A stretch of 64,000 nucleotides of DNA, taken from Blastocatellia bacterium. GTDB taxonomy: Bacteria; Acidobacteriota; Blastocatellia; UBA7656. The DNA is taken from the NCBI GenBank assembly GCA_963765495.1, contig CAVXWP010000008.1, positions 416,001 through 480,000 on the forward strand. Reading direction: 5' to 3'. A program made the translations under genes and the position numbers. How positions within the stretch are numbered: the stretch's first letter is position 1; each line of letters begins with the position of its first letter. Below are positions 30,363 to 40,229 of the stretch, one piece after another. The notes under the pieces were generated by a model. It searched no databases and was not told the DNA's origin. It saw only the letters and a program-made list of their open reading frames with translations.

Positions 30363-32642
30363 ATGAAATCCAAACCGATTAATCTCTTTATAATCGACCC
30401 CCAACCCGAAGCATCTGAAATGGCTCATTTCCTGGACAGGGTAACCTCAAAAAGTCTCGCATTGACCAGAATGACCCGAATTGAAGAAGCCCTGTATCGC
30501 CTGAAACATCGACCATTCGATTTGATCCTTCTGTGCATACATCCGGCAAGTGGCGCAGATTTGGGCATACTCTCGGATTTCAGGTCAGCCTCCCCCGACC
30601 TGCCTGTCATAGTCTTGAGTGACAGAGACGATGATGCCCTTGCTTTGAAAGCGATCAATGGAGGGGCTCAGGATTTCCTGTTTATTGACGGACTTGACCA
30701 GAGAGGTTTCCTTCGCTCCATCCACATTGCAATCGAACGTAAGCGACTTGAGAAGGCCACGCGCGAAGAAGCTGAAAGCTATCTTTTCACATTCGAGCAG
30801 TCCCCTAAGGCAATGGCCCATGTTTCACCGGGAGGGAGCTATTTAAGAGTAAATCGGAGTTTTTGCGAGATGTTTGGGTGCACGGGTAAAGATATTGTTG
30901 GGTTACGGATCGCAAATCATACGCATAAAGATGACCTCGTTGCAGAGAATGAAACTATAAATCAGATGCTTTCAGGAGGAGGGCAGACAGTTGTATACGA
31001 AAGGCGGTCAATTCTAGGCGATGGCTCTCAAATCAGGACCCGGGTCTCCCTTTCGCCCGTCTGCGACACAGATGGAACCGCTAAAGTTGTTCTCGCGATC
31101 TTTGAAGATATTACAAGACGCGGGCAAACTTCGGATGAAGTTGCTCTGCTTGGCTCTATTGTCGAGAATTCGAATGATTCAATCATTGGTGTAAGCCTCG
31201 AAGGCTCGATCTTCAGTTGGAGCCGGGGGTCTGAGAGGATTTACGGATATACCGCAGAGGAAGTTATTGGTCTCGACATCTCTGTAATCATTCCTCAGGA
31301 ACGATTAGATGAGTTTCGGCAAATCTCTGAAGATATCAGGAAGGGGAAAAGCATCTCGATATTTGAAACCCTGAGAAAGAGGAAGGACGGCAAGTTGCTG
31401 GATATATGCCTGACGGCATCTCCTTTGTGTGATGAGGCGGGAAGGATCATAGGGGTCTCAGTTATCGGACGGGATATAACTGAACAGAAATATCTGGAAC
31501 AACAACTGCGACAGGCCCAGAAGATGGAGGCAATAGGCAGGCTAGCCGGCGGTATAGCCCATGACTTTAACAACCTGCTCACGGCCATTATTGGTTATAG
31601 TCAGGTTCTGCAAGCCAGGCTTGGGCCTGGAGCCCCCGGTAAAAAGGAGGTTGCAGAGATCCTGAGCGCCGGTCAACGTGCTGCTCGACTGACAAACCAG
31701 CTCCTTGTCTTTAGTCGCAATCGTCCGCGTCAGACAAAAAATATTAATCTGAACAACCACGTTTCAGAAATAAAGAAGATGCTGGTCCGTCTGATTGGGG
31801 AAGATATTACGCTCGAGACGATCCTGGCCCCGGAGATTGCCCAGGTCAGGGCTGATCCCGGTCAGATCGATCAGGTAATAATGAATCTGGTTATAAATGC
31901 CCGCGATGCGATGCCTGATGGGGGCAAGCTGACTATTGAAACCACAAATGTCGAGTTGAGCGAAGCGTATGTGGCAAAACACATAGGGATTTCAAAAGGT
32001 AGTTATGTATTGTTGACCGTGAGCGACACCGGGACGGGCATGGATCGCGAGACTCAATCAAGGATATTTGAGCCGTTCTTTACTACAAAGGAGACAGGTC
32101 AGGGTACCGGGCTGGGACTGTCCACGGTTTATGGGATCGTGGATCAATGCGGGGGAAAGATTCAGGCCTACAGCGAACCTGGACTTGGCACGACTTTCAA
32201 GATATACCTGCCCCCTGTGGTTGATGTTGAGGGGGCCGAGATAAAGAAAGCGGCATATGCGCTCCCGCGTGGTACTGAAACTATTCTTCTTGCGGAAGAT
32301 GAAGCGAGGGTCCGGCATCTGGCGCGCGAAATTCTTGAGATGTACGGATACAAAGTCCTTGAAGCCGGCCACGGTGGTGAAGCCCTATTGATCTGCGAGC
32401 AGCACAAAGAAGCGATTGACCTCTTGATAGCGGACGTAGTAATGCCGAATATGAACGGCAGGCAACTGGCCGACCGCATCACTTTGAGGCGCGGCAAAAT
32501 GAAGGTGCTTTATATATCAGGCTACACCGATCATACGATATATAATCGCGGCATACTCGATAAGGAGATGGCCTTTCTGCAAAAGCCTTTCACGCCTACG
32601 AACCTCGTGCTGAAGGTTCGCGAAGTCCTGGATACGGTCTGA
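30363..32642 (+). CDS. Hybrid sensor kinase (REC-like, PAS, PAS, HisKA, HATPase, REC), CckA-like
   Basis: GGIAHDFNNLL, NARDAM, FEPFFTTK, GTGLGL, C-terminal REC ADVVMP. Confidence 0.93.
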   Translation: MKSKPINLFIIDPQPEASEMAHFLDRVTSKSLALTRMTRIEEALYRLKHRPFDLILLCIHPASGADLGILSDFRSASPDLPVIVLSDRDDDALALKAINGGAQDFLFIDGLDQRGFLRSIHIAIERKRLEKATREEAESYLFTFEQSPKAMAHVSPGGSYLRVNRSFCEMFGCTGKDIVGLRIANHTHKDDLVAENETINQMLSGGGQTVVYERRSILGDGSQIRTRVSLSPVCDTDGTAKVVLAIFEDITRRGQTSDEVALLGSIVENSNDSIIGVSLEGSIFSWSRGSERIYGYTAEEVIGLDISVIIPQERLDEFRQISEDIRKGKSISIFETLRKRKDGKLLDICLTASPLCDEAGRIIGVSVIGRDITEQKYLEQQLRQAQKMEAIGRLAGGIAHDFNNLLTAIIGYSQVLQARLGPGAPGKKEVAEILSAGQRAARLTNQLLVFSRNRPRQTKNINLNNHVSEIKKMLVRLIGEDITLETILAPEIAQVRADPGQIDQVIMNLVINARDAMPDGGKLTIETTNVELSEAYVAKHIGISKGSYVLLTVSDTGTGMDRETQSRIFEPFFTTKETGQGTGLGLSTVYGIVDQCGGKIQAYSEPGLGTTFKIYLPPVVDVEGAEIKKAAYALPRGTETILLAEDEARVRHLAREILEMYGYKVLEAGHGGEALLICEQHKEAIDLLIADVVMPNMNGRQLADRITLRRGKMKVLYISGYTDHTIYNRGILDKEMAFLQKPFTPTNLVLKVREVLDTV

Positions 32643-32652
32643 CTGTAATATC

Positions 32653-34632
32653 TCAGACGGGCCTTTTGAAGCCGCGTTCAATCTCGCGCAGGCCAAATCT
32701 CATAATCGAAGGGCGACCGTGAGGGCAGGTCATCGGGTTTTTCGTCTTCATCAATTCGTCTATAAGCCACTGCATTTTTTCATCCGTCAGCCGCATATTC
32801 ACCTTTATTGCGGCCTTGCACGCAAGGGAGGCGGCTATCGAATCGCGGATATCTTCGAGGCTGAAATTGCGGCGCTCCCGCTCGACAACGCACACAACTT
32901 CGCGAACAAGCGCGATCACGTCAGATGTAGGGATACCCGAGGGTGCCGTCTTTACTGCAATCGCCCGACCCGATAATCGCATAGTCTCTACGCCCATGGT
33001 CTCAAGCTCCGGCTGAACGATTTCAAAGGCTTCGATTTCTGCCGAGGTTAGATCAAGAGTTTCGGGGATAAGGAGGGGCTGAACGCCCCCGCTCCTGCTC
33101 AATTTGAGATCGCGAAACTGTTCGAAGAGAACCCGCTCGTGCGCCGCGTGCTGGTCGATCAACAACAAACCTTCCTCGTCGGTGGCGGCTATATAGCTGT
33201 CTCTGATCTGTCCCATCGGTTTTATCCCGTGACCGAGGCCGGGGAGTGGCAACTCTTCAATCTCAACTTCACCGACCGCCGCCCCCCATCCGGCCTCCGG
33301 TTCCGCCACTCCGCTTTCGATTTTCTGAGCCTCCTCAAAAGGCTGGCCGCCCTGCTGAATTTCATTCTCTTGCAATTGGTCGGGATAAGAGGAGAGGGCT
33401 GCTGCGAGTCTACCAGTTTGAGTTTCGTCTCTTTCTGAACCCGGATCAACCGTTTCACCGGCATTCAGAATCTCCCTGTAAGATTTCGCGGGCGATTGCG
33501 CTTCGGAGCCGGGCAGAGGAAATCGAGCAGAAGATGGTGGAGAGAAATTAGGGCGCGAATTCTGCGGCGACCTATCAACAAAACCACCTGCCACAAAACC
33601 CTTTGCCTCTCGGGCGGGTGTGCCGGGCAATCGAGTAGTCGGTTGGGTCGTCGTCAGGGCATCTGCAACTGCCTGCCTCGTAAATGAAAGGATAGCCGCC
33701 TCGTGAAGAAAGCGGACTTCCGTCTTTGCAGGGTGTACGTTTACATCAACCTCGGACGGGGGCACATCAATAAAGAGGATTGCTGCCGGATATGTCCCCG
33801 AAGGCATCATCGAGCGATACGCCTCCTTGAGCGCGCGGCCTATCACTTGATCCTTCACATAGCGTCCGTTGATAAACAGGTACTGAGCGTCTTTTGAAGA
33901 CCGCTGCTCCTGCGGGTTGGAAACATACCCTATTACGCGCAGACCATCTCTTTCACATTCGACCTTTAGTAGCTTCTCAAGCAACGAACCGCCAAGCAAC
34001 TGGTAGGCGCGTTCTTTCAGAGTGCGAGCGGGAGCCACACGGATGGCGTCACGTCCGTTATTGATCAACAGGAACGTGACCGCCGGGTTTGCCAGCGCAT
34101 AGTGCTGGACAAGGCTTGTAATGTGGAAGCTTTCCGTAGCATCGCTCTTTAGAAATTTTCGCCTGGCCGGGATGTTGAAGAAGAGGTCTTTGATCTCGAA
34201 TTCCGCACCGCCGGGCCATCCAATGTCTCTCACGGCGATAAGTTTTCCACCATTGAATTCGACCTCGGTTCCTTCTATATCCTTTGCCGATTTGGTGCGT
34301 AAAAACAGGCGTGAAACAGAGGCAATGGAGGGAAGCGCCTCGCCGCGAAAGCCAAGCGTGCTGATGGCTTCCAGGTCTTCTGCTGTTCGCAGCTTTGATG
34401 TCGCGTGGCGTTCGAAGGCCGTGATCGCATCATCGCGCGTCATCCCCTCACCATCATCCTGGATTCGAATCAGCCGCTTGCCGCCGGATTCAATCTCGAT
34501 ATGGATTTTTCGCGCCCCGGCGTCCAACGAGTTTTCAAGCAACTCCTTGACGACCGAGGCGGGACGCTCGACGACCTCCCCCGCAGCTATCTTGTTGGCG
34601 AGTGAATCTGGCAGCACTTTGATCTTTCCCAT
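32653..34632 (-). CDS. mutL: DNA mismatch repair endonuclease MutL
   Basis: IAAGEVVERP, GFRGEAL, DVNVHPAK, DQHAAHER, CPHGRP. Confidence 0.97.
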   Translation of the reverse strand: MGKIKVLPDSLANKIAAGEVVERPASVVKELLENSLDAGARKIHIEIESGGKRLIRIQDDGEGMTRDDAITAFERHATSKLRTAEDLEAISTLGFRGEALPSIASVSRLFLRTKSAKDIEGTEVEFNGGKLIAVRDIGWPGGAEFEIKDLFFNIPARRKFLKSDATESFHITSLVQHYALANPAVTFLLINNGRDAIRVAPARTLKERAYQLLGGSLLEKLLKVECERDGLRVIGYVSNPQEQRSSKDAQYLFINGRYVKDQVIGRALKEAYRSMMPSGTYPAAILFIDVPPSEVDVNVHPAKTEVRFLHEAAILSFTRQAVADALTTTQPTTRLPGTPAREAKGFVAGGFVDRSPQNSRPNFSPPSSARFPLPGSEAQSPAKSYREILNAGETVDPGSERDETQTGRLAAALSSYPDQLQENEIQQGGQPFEEAQKIESGVAEPEAGWGAAVGEVEIEELPLPGLGHGIKPMGQIRDSYIAATDEEGLLLIDQHAAHERVLFEQFRDLKLSRSGGVQPLLIPETLDLTSAEIEAFEIVQPELETMGVETMRLSGRAIAVKTAPSGIPTSDVIALVREVVCVVERERRNFSLEDIRDSIAASLACKAAIKVNMRLTDEKMQWLIDELMKTKNPMTCPHGRPSIMRFGLREIERGFKRPV

Positions 34633-34869
34633 ATTTGGTTATCCTCTCCTGAGTTTTGCAATTGATGTATTATATCATCTGTCGATTAGTAAGGCCCGTG
34701 GCAACAAAAGAGCCAGTCGAGTCAATTAATGCTATCCAGGGCCATTCCATTGTCAGGAAAAGCTTTGCGTACTTCACATGCCAGGCGACTTTGCGAAAAA
34801 GATTCACGTTAAGGCGCAAAGGAGGCAAAGATTTTTCATATTACGAAATACCGTAAGTGAGGTGGAGCG

Positions 34870-35163
34870 ATGATAAGACACATCGTTTTTTTAAAGTTCA
34901 AGCCCGATGTCAGAAGCGACAAACGAAATGCGGTGCTCGATGAATTGCGGTCGCTACCAGACAAAATAGATTCAATCAGAGAGTTTGAGGTTGGAGAAGA
35001 TATACTGAATTCGCCCCGGTCGTGGGACGCCGCTCTCATCGGAACATATGACGATCTCCAAGGATTGGAGCAATATCAAAAACACGACGATCACATGGCG
35101 GTCGTGATGAAGCTAAGAGAGATTACAGACGCTATAGCCTCTGTTGACTATGAAGTCGATTGA
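34870..35163 (+). CDS. Dabb family stress-responsive alpha/beta barrel protein
   Basis: MIRHIVFLKFK, YQKHDDH, VDY C-terminus. Confidence 0.88.
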   Translation: MIRHIVFLKFKPDVRSDKRNAVLDELRSLPDKIDSIREFEVGEDILNSPRSWDAALIGTYDDLQGLEQYQKHDDHMAVVMKLREITDAIASVDYEVD

Positions 35164-35174
35164 CCTCGCACGGC

Positions 35175-35651
35175 CTAAGAAGAACCTGTGTGGTCATGGA
35201 TTATCTTCCAGCCATCGGGGTACTTGCGAAATATCAGTGTAAATAATCCCTGCGGCTCGCTATCGGCCATCTTGAGGTGCCAGTGACCTCGCACAAAGGC
35301 GCTTTGCGGCCCAAGCAACTCGATCTTCAGCTCGGAAAAATCGAGTTGCCCCATCTCGGCCCCTGCGCTCTGGTAGCGGTTTCTGTATCGGTCAAGAGTG
35401 GTCTTCCACCCCGAGGTTTTCGTCCCACCCGAAAAGAAAGTCAATTCGGGTGAATGCCAGTACCCTTTCATAAAACCTTCAAGGTCTCCTCGGTTCCAGG
35501 CCGCAACCTGAAGATCGAGCACCCGTCGAATCTCTCGGGAGGAGGCAGACTCTCCCCGCCTTCTCTGATTCGCTTTGACCGGCACGACCGCTATTGCAAA
35601 GAGTAGAAAACAGATCGTCAGGCCGCTGTATTTTCCATTTCTTTTGAGCAC
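35175..35651 (-). CDS. Exported NTF2-like (DUF4440/YybH) protein
   Basis: AWNRGDLEGFM, GWKIIHDH, signal peptide. Confidence 0.85.
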   Translation of the reverse strand: MLKRNGKYSGLTICFLLFAIAVVPVKANQRRRGESASSREIRRVLDLQVAAWNRGDLEGFMKGYWHSPELTFFSGGTKTSGWKTTLDRYRNRYQSAGAEMGQLDFSELKIELLGPQSAFVRGHWHLKMADSEPQGLFTLIFRKYPDGWKIIHDHTGSS

Positions 35652-35716
35652 AGAGCACCTCCGCCTGCTTATTTTGTTTGTCGCCCGCAGGCCGGGCAGG
35701 TAAAATTTTTCTTTCT

Positions 35717-36634
35717 ATGAATGCAATACCGCTATCACAAAAACAACAGCACGGATGTAACCTGTGCGGAGCCGTTGTCGTCCGCGAACTTTACACCGCA
35801 AGCGACCATCTAGGCAAATCAGACGAGCCATTTTCCATAGTCGAGTGCAGCGGCTGCGGGGTCCTGCGAACCCTTCCTGAAATGTCAGACGAGGAGCTTG
35901 ATCGCTTCTACCCGGAGGATTACTGGGGCGAGTGCGGAGGGCCTTCCCAGGGCTGGATCGAAAAATCTCAGGCCGAGAAGGTGCGGTTTCTTGAGACGAG
36001 CGTAAAGGGGGGCGGGCGCATACTCGATATTGGCAGCGGAGCCGGGTACTTTTTGAGAGCCCTCGATGCAAATCGCTGGGACCGTTTCGGTGTCGAATTA
36101 GGAAAGGTCGCCGCCGCCGCCGCCAACCGCGTTCTTGGCCAGGATCGGGTCTTCACAGGCACCCTGATCGATGCGGCCTGCGCCGAGAACTTTTTTGATG
36201 TAGTCACATTCTGGTCTTCACTTGAGCACACGAACAGGCCAAAGGCCAACATCATCGAAGCAAGACATATCATAAAACCCGGAGGCACTTTGATACTTGA
36301 GGTTCCGAACTCGGAAAGCTATCAGGCTCGATTCTTTGGCAGCGATTGGTCTGCGCTCGATGTGCCCCGGCATCGCTATCATTTTACAACCGCTATCTTA
36401 AAGAATCTGCTTGCTGATGCGGGATTCGAAGTTTACCGTCTCACCTATTATTCCAGGACGCATAATTCGCACGCGCTTCGTCAGAGCCTCAAGGCCAGAT
36501 TGCTGGGCAAGAGGCCAACTCTGATCAACAAGGCTATATTCTGTCTCGCAATCCCGTTTATCAAACCTTTTGACTGGCTGATGACCACTATTGATGAGGG
36601 CGCTACGATCACGCTCGCGGCACGAGCAATTTGA
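35717..36634 (+). CDS. Class I SAM methyltransferase with N-terminal Zn ribbon
   Basis: CNLC and CSGC, LDIGSGAG, LEH, KPGG, VPN, PRHRYHF. Confidence 0.88.
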   Translation: MNAIPLSQKQQHGCNLCGAVVVRELYTASDHLGKSDEPFSIVECSGCGVLRTLPEMSDEELDRFYPEDYWGECGGPSQGWIEKSQAEKVRFLETSVKGGGRILDIGSGAGYFLRALDANRWDRFGVELGKVAAAAANRVLGQDRVFTGTLIDAACAENFFDVVTFWSSLEHTNRPKANIIEARHIIKPGGTLILEVPNSESYQARFFGSDWSALDVPRHRYHFTTAILKNLLADAGFEVYRLTYYSRTHNSHALRQSLKARLLGKRPTLINKAIFCLAIPFIKPFDWLMTTIDEGATITLAARAI

Positions 36635-36661
36635 ACTCACATGAGGCTCTCTGGAAGAGGA

Positions 36662-37780
36662 TCAATTTGCCCGCTCTTCTTGATTGTTGTTCTTGAAATG
36701 GCGCTCAAGTTCCCGAGTATCGTCGTAGACTAATAAATCCGGGCGCACTCGAAGCGCGTTAAATATTTCGAGCACTTCCCTGTCGGTGCGTCGGGCTGCC
36801 TGCCGTTCGATTTCTCTTCGTTTGAGAATCGCTGGAAGTCGCTTGAGCGCAGCCATAACTGAGATCATAAAACCCGGTTTGAGTGTGAGGGGCGATGAGA
36901 TAAACAGGAGTATCACCCGAGCAATATGCGCGGCTAAGAACCTCTTATCGTGCAGATTTATCCAGTGAAACAGCAACCGATTACGCTGCTGCACTCTTCT
37001 GATCTTTGACTGCCTGAGTCTTCGCATGGTAGAAGAGATACGATGTCTGACGACCGAGCGAGGTTCGAAGATAACCCGATAGCCTCGTTTCCAGGCGCGA
37101 TAACTTAGCTCGACATCCTCCCAGTAGGCAGGGGCGAAAAGGCTTTCGAATCCGCCCAGTTCAAGAAATTTGTCGCGATCAAACATGGCAGATCCCCCGC
37201 TTGCAAAAATCGAAAATAGCCTTCCACACGAAGCAGCACCTGAGCTTTCAGCCGCATCGAGTTTGACGTAGCTTTGATGAACTCTTATGAATCCGCGTGA
37301 AAACCCTCCGACTTTACCCGTTCCGCATACTTCATTTGTCTCGTAATCAAAGACTCGACAATGCACCGCAAAGACGTTTGAGTCGCTAAAGCCGTCAACA
37401 AGCGGAGCGATAGCCTTCGGATGTACTTCGACATCATTGTTTAAGAGAAAGACCAGTCGGGCGCGCGCGCAGGCAAATCCGCTGTTACAGGTAGAGCCAA
37501 ACCCCAAATTTTTCTCATTTCTCAAATACCTCAGGGCCAATCCAGCGGGCTGGATCTCCTCAACATCCTGATCTTTGCGATAGGGCGTGAATCCACTGGC
37601 GGTCAGCCACGGGATTGTATCGTCCATGCTCCCGTCATCGACTATAAGGATTTCGACCGGGCGTTCTGTTACCCTGTAATGATGAGTGGCCGCCGTGATG
37701 ACCGAAGGAAGAAATTGCTCAAGCAGTCCTTTACCGTTCCAGGTTGGTATGATGATGCTTACGCCGGGTTCAAAAGCCAT
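36662..37780 (-). CDS. GT2 family glycosyltransferase
   Basis: SIIIPTWN, VDDGS, LLNND, WEDVELSYRAW. Confidence 0.92.
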   Translation of the reverse strand: MAFEPGVSIIIPTWNGKGLLEQFLPSVITAATHHYRVTERPVEILIVDDGSMDDTIPWLTASGFTPYRKDQDVEEIQPAGLALRYLRNEKNLGFGSTCNSGFACARARLVFLLNNDVEVHPKAIAPLVDGFSDSNVFAVHCRVFDYETNEVCGTGKVGGFSRGFIRVHQSYVKLDAAESSGAASCGRLFSIFASGGSAMFDRDKFLELGGFESLFAPAYWEDVELSYRAWKRGYRVIFEPRSVVRHRISSTMRRLRQSKIRRVQQRNRLLFHWINLHDKRFLAAHIARVILLFISSPLTLKPGFMISVMAALKRLPAILKRREIERQAARRTDREVLEIFNALRVRPDLLVYDDTRELERHFKNNNQEERAN

Positions 37781-37789
37781 TTAAGTTTA

Positions 37790-38818
37790 TCAGTGACGAT
37801 GCGGCCTGAGATTTGACTTCTTGGGGTTTGCCATCTTCTCGAGTTCAACCAGACTATTATGGCTCCCGATAACAACCAGCGCGTCGTTCTCTTTTATGAT
37901 CGCAGCGGCAGAGGGATTGAAGAGCATATCCCCCCCCGCGCGCTTGATGGCTATAACCATCACGTTGAGGTCGGAGCGTATGGTGGTGTCCTTGAGCGCG
38001 ACTCCCGTAAACGGAGACCCGGCTTTGATCTCTATCTGCTCCATCTCCAGTTCGAGTTGTTCTGTCATGCTGGCAAGTTCCATGAAAGCGGCAACGGCAG
38101 GTCTTAGCAGCATTTGGGCCATCTGATTCGACCCTGTAATAGTAGGTGAGACTACCTTGTTGGCTCCGGCCTTTAGCAATCTCGTAACAGCCGATTCCTC
38201 ATTGGCGCGCGCAACAAGCATCATCTCCTTGTTCAGGTCACGCGCCATCAACGTGAGATAAAGATTATCAGGATCGGTTGAGAGGGCACATACAAGACCG
38301 CGCGCGCGCTCAATTCCCGCCGCGAGCAGAACATCCTCATTTGTCGCATCACCTATCAGGACGAGGTACCCTTTTGACAACAACTTGTCTGCTATCCCTT
38401 CGTCGCTTTCAATTACGACAAACTCTTCGCCCCGCCTCGCAACCTCGCGGATTACACGTGAACCGATACGCCCGGCCCCGCACATTATGTAGTGACCACT
38501 AAGCTGGTTAATGTCCTTAAACATCTTTCGCTTCCCGAAGGTTGAGATAAGCTCTGACTCTACCACAGCCTGAGCCGCATAGGAAAAGGCATAGCCAATC
38601 GTGCTTACACCCATAATAATGAGAAGGACGGTAAAATAGCGGGCCTCTTCCGTCATATTGGAAGGTTCGCCGAAGCCTATTGTTGTGATGGTGATCAAGG
38701 TAAAGTACAGACAGTCGAACCAGGGCAGACCAAGCAGAATCTTAAACCCTACCGACCCGAATGCAATCAGTCCAAATACTGCTGTAATTGCGAGCTGAAA
38801 TTTTTTTCTTGGCGACAT
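37790..38818 (-). CDS. Potassium channel with TrkA-N/TrkA-C (RCK) domains
   Basis: Selectivity filter TTIGFG, CGAGRIG, GDAT, RCK-C. Confidence 0.92.
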   Translation of the reverse strand: MSPRKKFQLAITAVFGLIAFGSVGFKILLGLPWFDCLYFTLITITTIGFGEPSNMTEEARYFTVLLIIMGVSTIGYAFSYAAQAVVESELISTFGKRKMFKDINQLSGHYIMCGAGRIGSRVIREVARRGEEFVVIESDEGIADKLLSKGYLVLIGDATNEDVLLAAGIERARGLVCALSTDPDNLYLTLMARDLNKEMMLVARANEESAVTRLLKAGANKVVSPTITGSNQMAQMLLRPAVAAFMELASMTEQLELEMEQIEIKAGSPFTGVALKDTTIRSDLNVMVIAIKRAGGDMLFNPSAAAIIKENDALVVIGSHNSLVELEKMANPKKSNLRPHRH

Positions 38819-38892
38819 ATTCAATAGTCCAGGCCGCATGTTATATCCGGCCGAACCATTGAGCAAGAACCAGTTGAACCAAAGAGAGACAG

Positions 38893-38919
38893 AAAAGGAG
38901 GCGACCGAGCGCCTCCTTT
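38893..38919 (-). terminator. Rho-independent terminator after the PDZ gene
   Basis: AAAGGAGGCG-loop-CGCCTCCTTT hairpin followed by a T-rich run on the minus strand. Confidence 0.7.
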
Positions 38920-38975
38920 ATCAAAGCTTAAGATTGCTGCGTGAAGAGATAATTTTTCAGACAGGAGTTACAGGA

Positions 38976-40028
38976 TTAGATCGACCCCGAAACCTGTCGA
39001 GCGCGCGGCGCGATTGCCGGCTTTGGCATCTCAACCTGTCGCTTTTCAAGAGTGACCGTAACACTCTGCTCGCTGCGGTTGCGAAAGACCGTAAGTGTTA
39101 CGGGGCCTTCCTCCTTCTTTGCAAGCTCGCCCATGAGTTCTTCAACACCGCCGACTTTCTGACCGTCAACGGCAACAATCACATCACCGGCTTTTAACCC
39201 GGCCTTTGATGCCGGAGTATCTTCACGCACTTCGGTAACGAGAACACCTTTGCCGTCCTTGACTCCGAAATACTCGCCAAGCTGGTCTGAGAGCGACTCT
39301 GCTGCTATCCCCAACCTCGCCCTGTTTACATACCAGACAGTGCCTGGGCCTACGAAATTATAGTTTCCAAACTCGCGGGGCGGGGCTCCCCTTTGACCGC
39401 CCAGACCTTCCTGTTCGCGGTTGAGTTCTTCAATCGCGCGGCGATGAGCCTCCTCGGCGCGTCTCATTGCTTCCTCATTACGCCTTAGAACTTCCTCATC
39501 CAGATTCCCTTCTCGCCTGAGCAGCGTGAAATTATCCGCTCGCTTGTTTAACGTCGCAGAGATTGTTTGATGGCCGCCTCCTCTGATGACTTCGATAGAG
39601 ACATCTCGGCCAGCGGGAGTCTCGCCAAGCATCCGCTGCATTTCGCGAACGCTGTCTACCCTACGACCGTTGAAGGAGACGATTACGTCATTCATCTTCA
39701 GACCCGAGGTGTCGGCTGGACTGCCTTCGACCACCTTCATGACGATAGCTCCGCGCTCCTCGGCTAGATTTAGCTCCTTTGCCCGTTCGGGCGAAACTTC
39801 TTCGAGATAAACACCCAGATAACTGCCTTCACCCACAAAAAACTGCGTGGGCATCTCTCCTGATTGAAAGAGATATTCTGTCTTCTCCTTTTGCTTTTCT
39901 TTCAGTTCAGACTTGTCTGTCCGTTTCTCTTTCTGTTTGTTCTTCTCCCCGGAATCGCTTTGCGCGAATACGGTACCGACGGCGACGGTAAGAGCCAGTA
40001 AAAATATCAAATAGCGTTGCTTATGCAT
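38976..40028 (-). CDS. Exported double-PDZ protein without a protease domain
   Basis: Signal peptide, YLGV...GSPADTSGL and RLGI...TPASKAGLKAGDVI separated by a coiled linker. Confidence 0.85.
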   Translation of the reverse strand: MHKQRYLIFLLALTVAVGTVFAQSDSGEKNKQKEKRTDKSELKEKQKEKTEYLFQSGEMPTQFFVGEGSYLGVYLEEVSPERAKELNLAEERGAIVMKVVEGSPADTSGLKMNDVIVSFNGRRVDSVREMQRMLGETPAGRDVSIEVIRGGGHQTISATLNKRADNFTLLRREGNLDEEVLRRNEEAMRRAEEAHRRAIEELNREQEGLGGQRGAPPREFGNYNFVGPGTVWYVNRARLGIAAESLSDQLGEYFGVKDGKGVLVTEVREDTPASKAGLKAGDVIVAVDGQKVGGVEELMGELAKKEEGPVTLTVFRNRSEQSVTVTLEKRQVEMPKPAIAPRARQVSGSI

Positions 40029-40114
40029 GATCTTCCCTCCAAACATGACTGAGTTGCCTCCCTAACCCTTTGAGCACGCCCGGATCGGGAAAAAGTTCCA
40101 AAAGTGGAAGGGTT

Positions 40115-40151
40115 GTGGGAATAGGCCGGGCCGGTAGCGGCCTATTCCCAC
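40115..40151. terminator. 14-bp hairpin, probable terminator
   Basis: GTGGGAATAGGCCG-N9-CGGCCTATTCCCAC downstream of the oxidoreductase gene. Confidence 0.6.
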
Positions 40152-40229
40152 CTTTCTATGCTACATTTTGGAAAATTGAATGACACTACTTATTCACTGA
40201 CAGATGTCATAGTCTGAAGAGATTCGGTA

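Noticed and set aside
40070-40100. GGAAC-N16-CGTG ECF-like promoter upstream of the PDZ gene
   Set aside because: The -10 match is weak and the motif is too short to support without TSS data.
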